A DNA stretch of 63,835 bases, the filler included, from Hyphochytrium catenoides (lineage: Eukaryota; Protista; Hyphochytriomycota): assembly GCA_900088475.1 (NCBI GenBank). It is 6 parts of 6 records of this genome, joined end to end, with 100 filler letters (N's around TTAATTAATTAA, not from the genome) between each part and the next. Parts side by side here need not be neighbours in the genome. Positions count along the whole stretch, not along the records: positions 1 to 18,678 come from FLMG01004680.1; positions 18,779 to 46,384 come from FLMG01004335.1; 4 more parts are not named here. The stretch is one strand, 5' to 3'. Position 1 is the stretch's first letter; every line of letters starts with the position of its first letter. The translations under genes were made by a program, and so were the position numbers. The notes below the pieces were generated by a model that made no database searches, had not been told where the DNA came from, and saw only the letters and a list, made by a program, of their open reading frames with translations. Shown one piece after another: positions 11,722 to 24,423 of the stretch.

Positions 11722-14700
11722 TTACTTCTTCTCTTGAGCCGGTTCCTTCTTCTGTTTCTTCTCTGGCTCCTCGTCGTCCGGAAGTGCCTTCTCTTCGCTT
11801 AGTATTCTCCCCTGCTCCATTAGCTCGGGCACTTCCTCTGGCACCTTGGGTTGCTCTACAGGGACCTTGGGGACATAGGGCTTCCCCGTCAGCATACATT
11901 CCAGCTGCTCTCTTCTCTCCTTGATCTCCGGATCAGAGTCTTTCGTCTCCTCATCCAACCCCTTTGCACGCATGGAAGTAAAGTGCACAGAGACAAAGGG
12001 GATGGTGAATAGGCGGAAGCAGAAAGGTAAAGAAAGAATGAGGAGCGATGGAGGGGAGGAGGAGGATGCAGTTTTTCCTTAGATACTGTTAAGCAAAGAA
12101 TGGCTGTCAAGCTTGGAGGAAGACCTTTTAGTCGAGTCAGACGAGAGCTTCAGTTAGACAGCAAGGAAGATGGAAACGTTACGAAGGAGAGAAGAGAGAC
12201 AGCTTTCTAAGCGAGAAGATAAGTTATGAGCTAATGAACGGCTACTCCTTACCTCCAATATCTTGTCATACTTATCGGCCTCCGCTCTTGCTCTCTCAGG
12301 CTCATCGTTAAGGGCCAACGTGATGGCATAGTTCAAATGGAAGAGGTGGTTCCTGTGCGCCAGTAGAAGTAGCAACAATGTTATCCTGTCGCTTACGAAA
12401 GGGACAGAATAGATAGCCAAACCAGGTCTTGCAAAGGCCAGAAGTACGCAGGACGAAAGCAGGGACACATGACAATGCAATCTGGAAGTAAGGAGAGCTC
12501 ATGACAACGCAAGCAAGCCAAAAAGACACTAAGGAACGGGAGGAGAGGATGCATAGAATCTCATGCTGCTTTTACCTTTCTAGCTCTATCGCCTTCTCAT
12601 AAGCACTACAGGCATTCTCAAAGTCATCCAAACGTGACAGCGTAATGCCCAGATACATATACGAAGACGGGAAGTCGGGTTTGAGGTTGATCGAAGTACT
12701 GAAATAGTGGAAGGCGGAGGCGTGCTGGCCCGTAGTCAGGTGCACAAGCCCCAGATTATAGCTGATGATCCACTCAAAGGAGTCCAGGTACAAGGCGCGC
12801 TTGAGACATGCAATCGCCTGAATAGGTAATATAATTCAGACAGAGCACATGTATGAACACTGTTAGGCCCTTTTCTTCTTTAAGAGAGGTGCACCAAGAA
12901 GAACGTTAGCCCAGGGCTAAAGAGCAATGCTTTAAGATGCAAGCATCGAGGCGGAGCGAAGAGATAGACACGGATGCAAATCGACACGAACCGCCAGGAA
13001 GCAGAGGAGACTTTGGCCCGCTAGGGTGTATCATACCGCGACATAGCGTTGCTTGCCAAAGAAGCACATTCCAATATTATTCCAGAGCTGAGCCGAGTCA
13101 GGGGTCTGGAATGATAAATCCGGGTGAGAGGTAAGAAAAAAAGTGAGGAGCAGCCGCAACAGAAGCGGGAAGAGACGATGTGAGGAAAGAGACAGAGGTA
13201 TAGCTGGCGAGGTGAAGACCCACTCAGCAAATGACATAGTGGCAACCAAGGAGACATGATCTCCTCTTCCGACTCTAAGGATATCTACCTGCAGCGCTGC
13301 AACTCTGTACTTCAAAAGGGCTACGTCCATGTCATTGTGATCCTGGATGATGGAGCCCGCTGCCAGGATAGTCTATTGCCGGTAATCGTGGGGCAAAGGA
13401 ATCGAGCGTCAAGGCATGAGAATTTGCACAGCAAAGACGCTAGACAATATGGTGACAAAACGGAGCATCATAGATAGCAAAGCGGCAGAATGAGAGGGAG
13501 CGAACGCAGAAACCTCGAGAAACAACGTTGAGTAGGGAGACTGATGAGGGTCCAGAGTTTCCAATTCAGAGGAGAAATAAAGAAATGAGGGCTGAGGTGA
13601 ATGCGGGCATTTGTGGCAGACCTTTGGGTTCTTGGGGTCAACTTGCAGTGAGCTGCCAAGGAACTCAAAGGCTTTATAGTTCTCTCCAGTACGAAGGTGG
13701 AGGAGCCCAAGTATAGTCAACATTTCTATCACAGTTAAGATAGGAAATAGAGACGCAGGAGTGTGAGACCGAAACGAGGAAGACGGCAAGAGACAGGATG
13801 TGCCCTGTGAAGGAAGAGGAAGAGGGACCTGGATTTTCAGGAGAGAACTCAAGGGCTTCATGGTAAACCTCAATAGCCATTTTATAGTCCTCCTGCAGGG
13901 TGTACACCTATGAAGGGAGATGCGTGAGTCTTCCTTGGCCTAGCCGCTCCGTAATAGGAGAGATATCTCTCTCTCTCACAGCCCCCGTGGAGCGTCTCTC
14001 TCTTCAAGCTCCAATAGCAGCCTCTTCAAATAAGGCGGATAAGGACCATCAGGGAGAGAAGCGACAGCACGGAGTCGCTCTAATCAAACAAGAGAGGACG
14101 AGAGCTAGAAGTGGAGAGAAGTGGATGGGGCAGTTGGGCGGGAGAAGACAGTGAAGGCCGCAAAAGAAGAGAGAAAGACTAAAGAGCACAGAGGAAGGAG
14201 GGAAGAGAAGTCCAGGGTGACAGATCTCTAACCTTGCCCAGCTGTAGGAAGGTGGCATCGTGTCTCTGTATGTTGTTCGCGCCTTGGAACATCTCAATGG
14301 CCTTGGGATATTGCTTCAAGTACATATAGCATAGCCCTTTGTTATGCAGCACCTCCCAGTCCTCACCTCCTGAAAGACGCAGAGCCTCATCATACACTTC
14401 GATGGCAGCCTTGTGCTTGCCCAGGAGGAAGCTGTATGGGCATGGGACGGAGAGACAGAGAGATAAGATATGTTTAGAGAAACAACCTAGAGGGGCAGAG
14501 AGAGAGAGCCACCAGGGAGAATGCTAGCGGAGTGAGAGAGAGAAGTCTAAGGGAGGAAAACAAAATAACACGTAAGATGGCACGAGCGCTTGCAAGCTTG
14601 AGAGCCAAAGGAAGAGAGCAAGAGAAAGAAGAGACAGAAAGAGAGCAGACGAGAAGAGTAAGAAGGAGAGAGCGAGGAGAAGGAGAGGAAGAAGAGAGAG

Positions 14701-15061
14701 AGAGGCAAGGAGAGACAGGAAACAGCGACGTGTGCTAAAGAGAGAGCGAGTGATGAGCCGCAGTAAAGTTTGAAAGGGAACGAGGGCCAATCTTACAGGG
14801 AGCGGCCCACTTGCTTCAGGTTGGCAGTGTTTTGCGGGTTGAGGCAAGTCGCAGCCTGGAAGAGCTGCAAAGATTCTTGGATCCTCCCTCGTTGTCTCAT
14901 GATTAGCGCTGACCAGGAAGACAAGGAGCCCACAGAACAGTGATAAGTCCGAGAAAGAGAGAGAAGATTGATGGGAAGAGGCAACCCCACTATACGGGTA
15001 GTGGAGACTTGAGAGCTAGAGAGAGAGAGAGAGAGAGAGGGGAGGAGAGGGAGAAGAGAAG

Positions 15062-15097
<36 letters not shown>

Positions 15098-15361
15098 AAG
15101 GAGAGATATAGAGAGAAGATGGAGAGACAGGGGAGGACAGACGGAGAGAAAGAGACACCAACGACCTTCTTGAGATCGATGAGCAAAATTAACATAGGAA
15201 GGAGAGAATCGAACACCGCTACCTTTGACATAGACGGGAAACTCTGCCATTCCCTGTCTCTCGAGCAGCTCTGTCTCGATGAGCTTGAGACATTTGTTGA
15301 ACTCCTGGCGCGTGTAAAGCAGGTGGATTGCCCAGTTGTTGCTGTCCTTTAGCGCCGTCAT
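11722..15361 (-). CDS. BBS4: Bardet-Biedl syndrome 4 protein (BBSome TPR subunit), at least 10 exons
   Basis: Exons include NWAIHLLYTRQEF, ALIMRQRGRIQESLQLFQAATCLNP, TILAAGSIIQDHNDMDVALLKYR, SAQLWNNIGMCFFGKQRYVA and AIACLKRALYLDSFEWIISYNLGLVHL..SAFHYFSTSINLKP, all in phase across GT-AG introns. An extra 5' exon near 15570-15640 is possible. Confidence 0.96.
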
Positions 15362-16358
15362 CTTGCTCAACAGAGAGAGAGAGAGAACGAGAGACAAGCA
15401 GGATAAGAGCGACTAAAGTAAGAGAGATGGAGGGAGAGGAGGAGACAGTGAAAGGGTAAGAGTAGCGAGGGAGAACTATGGATTAACGACAGAGATGGGG
15501 ATAGAGAGAGACAGAAAGAGACAGAAAGAGACACGGACAAAGGGAGAGGAGAAGAACGTTGGTAGCTGGTAACTCTTCTCCTTTCCAAGACGACGATGTA
15601 GGGAACTGGGAAGCCTGAGACCGAGCCAACTGCTCTGCAAACCGGACGACTCCGCCTCGGCCAGATCGATAAGAACGCAGAAGCTTCGCTCCTCTATAAC
15701 TGCCTCCNNNNNNNNNNNNNNNNNNNNNNNNNNNNNNNNNNNNNNNNNNNNNNNNNNNNNNNNNNNNNNNNNNNNNNNNNNNNNNNNNNNNNNNNNNNNN
15801 NNNNNNNNNNNNNNNNNNNNNNNCCTTAGCGCTTCCTCTTGCCGAAGGAAGACAACGGAAACCTTTCCTCTCTCAACAAAAGAAAAGTTTGGCAGCTGTC
15901 TCTGTTGTGACCTTTGGTAAACGAGCGGTTCGGGATCAGAACGTATATTATTCAGTAATACCTAACATCCAGCTGGTTGTTATCCTAGAGATTGGCCGAT
16001 CCGGACTCAAATCATAAATCATCATGCAAAGGCGATAAAAAGAAAGAGAGAGAGAGAGAGAGAGAGAGCCTTCAGAGGCGTCACAGAAGCGTCAGAGCCT
16101 GGGCCTTCAGCACAGCGGGCAAGCACAGTGCGTCTTAGACAGAGTCAAGACAGAGCAGAAGAGACCGGAGGCCAAGCAGAGAGACAGAGGCTTAATAAGC
16201 GTCCAGCGCAAAGAGAGCTAGGGAAGAAAGGGTTCTTGAACAGAAGCACCGGCGACGCACCAGAGACAATAGAAGCGACAGAAGACGGGCCAAGAAGAAG
16301 AGAGTGACACACACGAAGAGCAAGTTTCCTTTTCTCTTTCTTTTCAGAGAGTGGAGAG

Positions 16359-17359
16359 ATGAGCTCCCTCCTGTCTCCAATCACGCAGCCCTTCTCCAGT
16401 CTGGAGAGCCAGCAGAGGCTAAAGAGAGTCCAGCAGCTCATTGCTACGCAGGATCTTGATGGGTTGCTGGTCATCGCGGGCCCAGACAGCCAGAACAACA
16501 GCCTCTGCAATGCCCTAGTGAAGTACCTCTTCCTCGGTCTCAGCGGCAGAGAAGTGCAGCAAGAGCAGCTCTTCTTTGGTCGTCATGAGGTGCTGGAGGA
16601 CACTGTCATGTTGATAGGGCCACAGGAGGTGAGACCCACAGCAGCTGGCATACACGCTTACTCAATAATTCTTCCGCCCTTTTGGGGTTAAGAAGGCCCC
16701 TAGAGTCTGTCTCCACCTCTCTTTTCTCTCTCTCTCACTCTCTGTGTCTGTCTGTCTGTCGTCTCCTTCTTTCTCTCTCTCTCTCTCTACCCGTCTTCAC
16801 GTCTGTCCCTTGTAAAGCCTCCACCTCTTTTTATCTTGAAGAGCTTTCTTTTCTATCTCATATAGTCATCTATCTACTCTACAAGCAATACTCTCCTGCC
16901 ACGCTCGTCTTCTTTTGCCATTGCTGGTCAGTGTCCGTCTCCTCCCCCGTCCCTATGACAAACTCCTAGTTCCCTTTCTCTACCTTCTCTCTCTCTCTCT
17001 CTCNNNNNNNNNNNNNNNNNNNNNNNNNNNNNNNNNNNNNNNNNNNNNNNNNNNNNTTTCTCTCTCTCTCTCTCTCTCTCTTCTCTGGGTCTTTCTCTGC
17101 CCCGTCTCGCTACCTCCTAAGCACCCCCACTCTTCCGCTCTCTATCTCGCTCTCTGACGGTACGTGCTGCCTGGTTTTCCTTACCGCCTGTTCCCTGCGC
17201 TAGGTCCGTATTTTCTATGATGCGCGTGCATCCTCATACCTCCACCCTTTCCTCTCCTCGTGGCCCAACGTCTTGGAGTGGACGCTCAGTGGGTCTGAGG
17301 CACAGGACGAAGATCTTTCTCAATCTATCAAGATTCGATCGTTCCTTGATATGCTGCAG
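16359..17359 (+). CDS. DNAAF9: 5' fragment of a DNAAF9/C20orf194-like dynein assembly factor (2 exons: 16359-16628, 17204-17359)
   Basis: RLKRVQQL..LDGLLVIAGPDSQNN..LVKYLFLGL..EVLEDTVMLIGPQE|VRIFY..YLHPFLSSWPN..DEDLSQSIKIRSFLDML matches the N-terminal pattern I recall for C20orf194. Both exons are phase 0. No further exons were found. Confidence 0.8.
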
Positions 17360-17438
17360 GTGCACCAACGTGATTTTGCAACACCAGAGATGGACAACGG
17401 AAGAGAGAGATGAAAGAAAGAAAGGAGAGGCATGGCGC

Positions 17439-17484
<46 letters not shown>

Positions 17485-17732
17485 TGTTCAGGGACGCTTT
17501 CATGTATGGACCCAAGCGGCCTGAAATGCTGGGAGGGAGAGGAGGGGAGGGGAAGGAGGATAGAGAGAGAAAAAGAGAGCGAAGAAAGATATATATTTAT
17601 TTAAAAAGAGAGAGAATGAGAGAGAAAAGAGAGAAAGAGAGAGAGAGAGAGGGAGAGAGGGAGAGAGGGAGAGAGACATAAAGCAGTCAAGAAAAGAAAT
17701 AAGGACGCAGGTCATGTCACGGCATGCTCTAC

Positions 17733-17894
17733 CTGCTTTGTCTATTGAAGTCAGCTCCGAGCTCTATGAGCACCTGGCAAAAGCTCAGATCATCCGCAAT
17801 GATCGCCACCAAGAGAGGAGTTAGACCTCGGCCGTTCTCCATATCAAGAGAAGCTCCTGAAGCCATAGGACAAAGATGACGCAGGAAAAGCGAA

Positions 17895-17948
<54 letters not shown>

Positions 17949-18678
17949 TGAAAGGAAGAGAAATGTAAAAGAAGGATGACGTAGCGAAGCTAAGAGAACA
18001 GAATAGATCCGAGAACAAAATGAGGACAACATAACCCGCGAAAAAAGGGAGACGGAACGATGAAAGGCAGAGCTCCTAAGAGGAAGCAAGGAGAAAAATC
18101 AAAGGAGAGACAGGGAGAGGCCACAACCTACCCATGGCGACAAAAGTTCTGACCAGGTCTTCCCGGCGCTCAGCAACGGCCAAAGTGAGAGGAGTCAGGC
18201 CTCGAGGGCCGACGATATTACAGAGCTCACTAGCAGCAATTAGAGCCACGTGCCAGTGAAGAAGGGAAGACAATGGGCAGCGCGAGGAAGGAAGAGAGAG
18301 AAATAGACAGAGACGCACAGAGAGGGAGAGGGAGGAGGAGAGAGACAGGGATGAGACAGGATGGGACTGAGAACGGAAATTCCAGAAGAGAGAAGACAGG
18401 ATGACTACTGCTAATAGGATAGGAAGAGCAGGGAGGAGACGAACGATGAGATTTCAACAACTTTCAAAAGGCGCTCGCGTAACGAACCGTAAGAGCGAAA
18501 GAGAGAAGAGCATTGGAAGGATAGAGAGAGTAGGAGAGAGGGAGGGTGATGTGGAGAGAGAGGGGAAAAGACAGTATAAAGAGACTTCTATAGAACGAAA
18601 GAGGGAAAATTAAGAGGCTCACACCGTAGGACAGGAGAAGATGAAGCTTCTTCGTCTCCTTTGACAAACTCTAAGAGC
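17733..18678 (-). CDS. Ankyrin-repeat protein, internal fragment (3 exons)
   Basis: Exons read KLHLLLSYG, GPRGLTPLTLAVAERREDLVRTFVAMG and ASLDMENGRGLTPLLVAIIADDLSFCQVLIELGADFNRQS (G-x-TPL-x-x-A and LGAD ankyrin consensus). The 5' end is lost in the spacer. Confidence 0.8.
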
Positions 18679-18778
18679 NNNNNNNNNNNNNNNNNNNNNN
18701 NNNNNNNNNNNNNNNNNNNNNNTTAATTAATTAANNNNNNNNNNNNNNNNNNNNNNNNNNNNNNNNNNNNNNNNNNNN
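18679..18778. other. Artificial contig-joining spacer (44 N + TTAATTAATTAA + 44 N)
   Basis: The identical 100-nt construct recurs at 46385-46484, 55458-55557, 57886-57985 and 59381-59480. The palindromic core has stops in all six frames. Confidence 0.95.
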
Positions 18779-19906
18779 GCGTCTCCACCTCCTGGAGACG
18801 ATGCTGAAAGGGTCAGTGAGAGACAGAGAGAGAAAGAAAGAGAGAGAGAGAGAGAGAAAGTTAGAAGAGACTTTAGGTGTGTCTTGAGGGAAGGGAGAGA
18901 AGGTGGGAGAAGGTGATAAAGTAGACTATCCTATCTCTGGATTTGCCTTCGGCACAGCGTCTAGCCTTCTCTCTCTCTCCTTCTCTCTCTCTCTCTCTCT
19001 TTCCCTTTTCCTCTGTAGATACTGCATTCTTACCTCCTTCGTTACTCTGTTCGTGTCCTAACGGCGGGAATATTGTCACGGGACTAGCGCTGGAGCCCTG
19101 TCTTTTCTTCTCCAATCCACTCTTGGGAGAGAGAGCCGGTTCTCTCTCTTCTTCTTGGTCTCTCTTCTCACTTAAAGCCTCAGTCTCTCCCTTAACGGAG
19201 TCCTCTTCCGGCTGCTCTGTCTCTTTCTCCACTGAGGTCACCACGATAACTGATTCATTGCTATCCAGAAGAAGAGAGAAGAAAAGAGAAAGAAAGAGAT
19301 GAGAAGAGAAGAGACAACGTGAGCCTCAGGAGTGATAGCTAGGGAAAGGAGAGGCTATGGACAAAGAGAGAACCCTTCAGCAGGTAGAAGAAAGAACAAG
19401 AGAGACGCCACTGAACGGAGATAGATCAACAAAGGGGGGCGGGAGGACGGGAAGGAGAGAAAGAGAAAGGGATGGCGGGAAGAGAGAGAGAGAGAGAGAG
19501 AAGTGGTGGGGGCAAGAGAAGAAAACAGACAGTGGACAAACGGAAAAAGCGACAGGAGACTCGACACCGTCAACCAAGGTTTAGACGCGGGGAAGGCACA
19601 GCACCAGGAAAGGATACGAGAGGTGGAAGCAGAGGAGAGAGAGAGAGAGAGAGAGAGCGCACTTTAGCTGGAGGAGAAAGTCCTGTGGAAGAGGAAGTTT
19701 AGCGTAACAGACAGCGGACTCTGAGGCTCTCTCTTCCTGTCCTTCGCCCTGCAGCTGCTGCCCCTCCGCCGCCTGGTGGGGCGTCTCTCCCCCGCTGGAG
19801 AGCTCAGGAGGGATCTGCAGGCCGTCAATGGGAGGGGGAATCGGAGGAGGAATAGAAGACGTGGCCACTCCCGCAGCCTCCTTCTCGATTGAACTAGGAA
19901 GGATCT

Positions 19907-19941
<35 letters not shown>

Positions 19942-22925
19942 GGTTAGGGTTAAATGTTGCGCAAAGAGGTGACAGATCAAAAAAGGACCAAGAAGGCGGG
20001 AGGACGAGCTTAGGGTGAGAGCCAGGGAGAGAGAGAGAGAGACAAGCACCAGGAGGACGTAGGGAAGAGAGAGAGAGAGAATAGCATTCTGCGAGAGAGA
20101 GAGAGAACGACAGCGTTTTCCTACCAGATTCACGGCAGGCTTCTCACTTGCAGCGCGTGAAAGACTTCTCTGCAGCGTCGGACAGGGCTTCTCAGGAGCC
20201 TTCTCCGCCGTTTCCATCTCCGTGACGGAAGGAGTGCTGGTAGCTAGATGAGGGAGAGAGAGAGATTGTGTGTGGGTGTGTGTGTGTGAGAGAGAGAGAG
20301 AGGGGAGAGAGACCGGCGAAGAGACAAAGAGAAGAGAGTAAGGGCGAGACAGAGATGCAGACAGAGACACACAAAGGGAGAGAGGCATTGGGTCACACCT
20401 GCCAGGGACATTTTTATCAGCGCAGCCACGGTCCCTTCCTCCAGAGTGACCGAAGCGGTCGAGAGGTTGGAGAGAGCAACAGAGCAATGCTGCTTGGTTT
20501 GCTGTTGGAAGTAATTGGGGAGAGAGCGAGGGAGCGAGAGAGAGAGAGAGGGAGAGAGAGGAGAGAAAGGCCAAAAGGAAGGGAGTGAGCTTGTGAGATT
20601 GGAGTGGAATGAGAAAGAGAGAAAGAAGAGGGAGAAACGCTAGAAGGTTCATTTGCTTTTAAGGAAGCGGTACCAGGGCACGCAGATCAAAGCAAAGAGA
20701 GACGACGCGAGACAGAGCGGAAAAAGAGGAGAAAAGGAGAGAGAAAGAGACGAGCAGGGAAGGAAGAGGAAGGGCTGTACCTCGTCATTTTCAACCTTTG
20801 AGAGGTTAATGAGCGCCGGCACCACTCCGTCGCTGACCATTCTCCCTCGACTGCTTTTATTCTTGGAGAGACCGCTCAGAGCCGCCGCCAAGTCTCTCAG
20901 ACCCTCNNNNNNNNNNNNNNNNNNNNNNNNNNNNNNNNNNNNNNNNNNNNNNNAGAGAGAACGGGAGAGAGAGAGAGAGAGAGAGAGAGACGGAGAGAGA
21001 GAGAGAGAGAGGGAAAGGGAGAGCAAAAGAGCGAAAGACGTCCCAATATCCTGACCTGTTCCACCATCTGCGCTCTATGGACTGGTTGAGAGGAGAGACA
21101 GTGTAGACACGCCGCTGCCTGCCTCTTCGTATCTCGACAACTAGAGAGAGAAAAGAGAGGAAAGGCTTGGAGCGCTCCCTGCTTAAGAAGTTGCTCCTGC
21201 AGGCCGGAGAAGGCAAAATTGCAGAGAGAGACGACACTGTCCAGCCAGATCAGCTCTTTCTGTGCGGTTAGCTCTTCTAACAGTCTCTCTTTCTCCAGTC
21301 TCTCTTCTTGTTCTCTTCCGCTTTCGTGCTCTGTCTCTTTGCACAGCTGCTCGATCTGCTGGCAGAAGGCCACTAGCGAGGTGATGAGACGGACGAGACG
21401 GTGCTCACATCCAGCCGTGGAAGAGAGATTGCGCGTCATCAGTGCGCAGAAGGACCACACGTCCGGGTCCTATGACGTCCGAGGCAAAAAACAAAGAGGA
21501 GAGAGAGAGAAAGTGAGAGAGATTAGGAGAGGGAGAGAGCGACGATGATTGTGAGAGGTTTTAGTTACAGCAAAGGCCGGTAGGAAGAGTGCCTGAAGCA
21601 ACAATGCAGAACTGACCGGGAGAGATATGAGGGGTGAGAAAGCCCGGCTAGCAGGATCGCTAGGGCCAAGGGTACAACCAAAGCCGGGGGGCAGCGGGGA
21701 GAGAGAGAAAGAGAGAGAGAGAGAGAGTGATGGAGCGAGAGGGAAGGACCAGTGAGAGAGAAAGAGTCTGAAGAGAGTCCTTACCTTCAGTGCTGATAAC
21801 GCTATAATAGCGCTTTCTATGTCATCCTCCACCATAATCGCATGGTTCTCCTGCTCCAGAGAGAGATAACATAGAGTGCGGGCACAGTCCTAGAGGGGCC
21901 AAGTGCCAAGAGAGACAGAGAGGAACATCAGGCCGAGGAATTGTGACGCACTTCGGATAGGAAAGAGGAGAGAGACACGGAAAGGAGTGCAGAAGCTGTA
22001 GATAACGCAAATGATGAGAAGGAGAGAAGAGGCAAGTCTATCTGCTTGAACGGGCCAGAAGGTAGATCAGATGGGAAAGGCATGGCAGAGAAAGCATATG
22101 AGAACCTCTAGAGAGGAGAATGTTGAGAGAGAGAGGTAGGGAAAAGAGACAAAGAGAGAAGCCAACGGGCAAGAGGATAGAGAGGTGGTGAAGCGCGTCA
22201 GAGAGAATGGAAACAAAAAGAAAGAGGAAAGAAGGCCAGGAATAAAGGATCGCTTATCACTGAAAGTCACGAAAAAGGAGACTGAAAGAGAGAGAGAGAC
22301 AGCGAGAGAGCTCTCTCACTTACCTTGAGCGTCTCTTCACTGTGACCCGAGTTATTTACAAGCCCAACCATCGCCTTCACAGCGCCAGCCTGAACCAGCA
22401 AATTCCTTGTGAAAGGAAGCTGAGAGAGGTTGCCAATGGCGCGGACGCAGTTGGCAGCGGCGTCTTCTCTCTTCGTCTGAGAAAGAAGAACCAGGATCTC
22501 CATCGCGTTCTGCTTGACCAAGCTTTCTATGCATTTCTCATTGTAGGAGAGAACGCTAAGGGTCTGCGCGCAGTAGCTCTCGCTCTGCAAAAGCCAGAGG
22601 ACGCAGAGTAGTCAGCTAGGTAACCGGAGCTAGACCGAGAAAGAGAGAGAGAGAGGAAGAAAGAGAGGTTGCGGGAGAGAGAGAGCCACGACATGCGGAG
22701 AAAACAGCACCTCTGGGTCTCCGAGAGTGGCCAAGATCTTCAGCACAGCGGCTGCTCCTGCTTCCACGGTAGGCACCTGACTCTCTGGATGGCAGAGGAG
22801 GTTGCAGACTGCTCGACCTGCAGCCATCTGCGTCTGAAGAGCTGAGCAGCGAAGGAGAGAGAAGAGAGCAGCCAGGGTGGAGCCCTTTGTGGCGATCGTT
22901 GTGCTGCACAGACCCCACCGCAGCA

Positions 22926-22961
<36 letters not shown>

Positions 22962-24369
22962 CAGAAAAGAGAAGCAGAGAGAGAATAATTCATGGACAAA
23001 GCGGAGAGAGAGAGAGAGAGAGAGAGAATCAGCTTGTTGTCAGTAGTAAGCATTCAGTAGCCATTGCGCTCCTACCATCCGAGCGGTGTCGTGGTGAGCA
23101 GGCAGAAGGCTCTGCTGCAGACTAACATCGTCGCATCATTGTCTAGCTTGGCGAGAGAGCTCAGAGCTTGGACCAGACCTGATAGATACGGACAGCACCG
23201 TCGAGACGTCAAGACAGCGAAAGTCAAAAAGAGAAAGAGAGAGAGAAAGAAAGAGAAAAGATGTATAGCTAAGGGGAGACAAGGGAAGCAATAGAGAGAG
23301 AAAAGGAAGACATCTAAACGACAAAATCGCGAGAGAAAAGGAAGGTAGCGCATAACAAGGGCATAAGATAGAAGGTCCTCGACCTGATAGGGCATAAAAA
23401 CAGCAGGAAAAGCGAGAGAGAGGGGGAGAGAGAGAGAGACAGAGAGAGAGAGAAATGCCTTACCTTGCTCTACCATGAGTGGCATACTCTCTTCGGTCAT
23501 TAAATTGAGCAGCGCCGTGGCGCAGATATGCTTTGTGAGAGAGGAGACAGCGCGGACCATCGCGATCATCATCAGCGCGTTCACAGCTCCTTCTCTCACA
23601 ACCTGCATCTCAGAGCCGCGATGGCAGCTCAAGTTACAGAGCGCCTTGCCACAGTCCTGCTGGTTTTCCTCACTAAGAGAGAGTTCCATGCATCTGTTAG
23701 ACTACCTTCACGCCATGTAGAAAGCAAGAGAGAGAGAGAGAGACACACACACACACAGAGAGAGAGAGCACACTGAGAGAAAGCGAGAGATTGAGAAACA
23801 GAGAAGACTATATATAGAGAGAGAAGAGGGAGATGTAAAAGAGAAAGAAACAAAGAAGGTAAAAGAGGAGAGATACTGAGAGTTGAGCAGAGAAAAGAGA
23901 AGAACCACTAGATAATTCGATCGCGTCACTCGGGCTAGGTATCAAATAGAGAGATATGAAGACATCCACACCAAGCAAGAAGGAAACAGAGAAAGGGAGA
24001 GAGAGAAAAAGAGAGAGAGAGAACGCCACAGAAAGGCCAGAGCTTCCTCACCTATATGTGTTGCACAGGTCTGCCACGATGGGCACCACACCCTGGCTGA
24101 TCATGTCTGCCCTCAGGTCTGGGTGACTGCTCAGGTTGCAAAATGCAGCAGCGCAGCGCCTCCTCGTCCGAGCGTCGTCAATTTTGCTAGGGAGAGAAAG
24201 AAAGAGACAGAGACAGCCAGAGATAGAGAAAGAGGAAGCTCGATCAGCATAGAATGGGTAGAGGGACAGGAAGAGAGAGAGGCGACAGAAAAGTAAGAGG
24301 ATGTGGGTAGGATAGTGGTCATGGAGCTGCAAGAGGGGAGAGTAAGAGATCCAATCACGAAAGGTCTCT

Positions 24370-24423
<54 letters not shown>

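Noticed and set aside
18723-18734. TTAATTAATTAA as a biological element (for example a piggyBac TTAA site)
   Set aside because: It is always centred in exactly 44+44 Ns, which marks it as an assembly linker.
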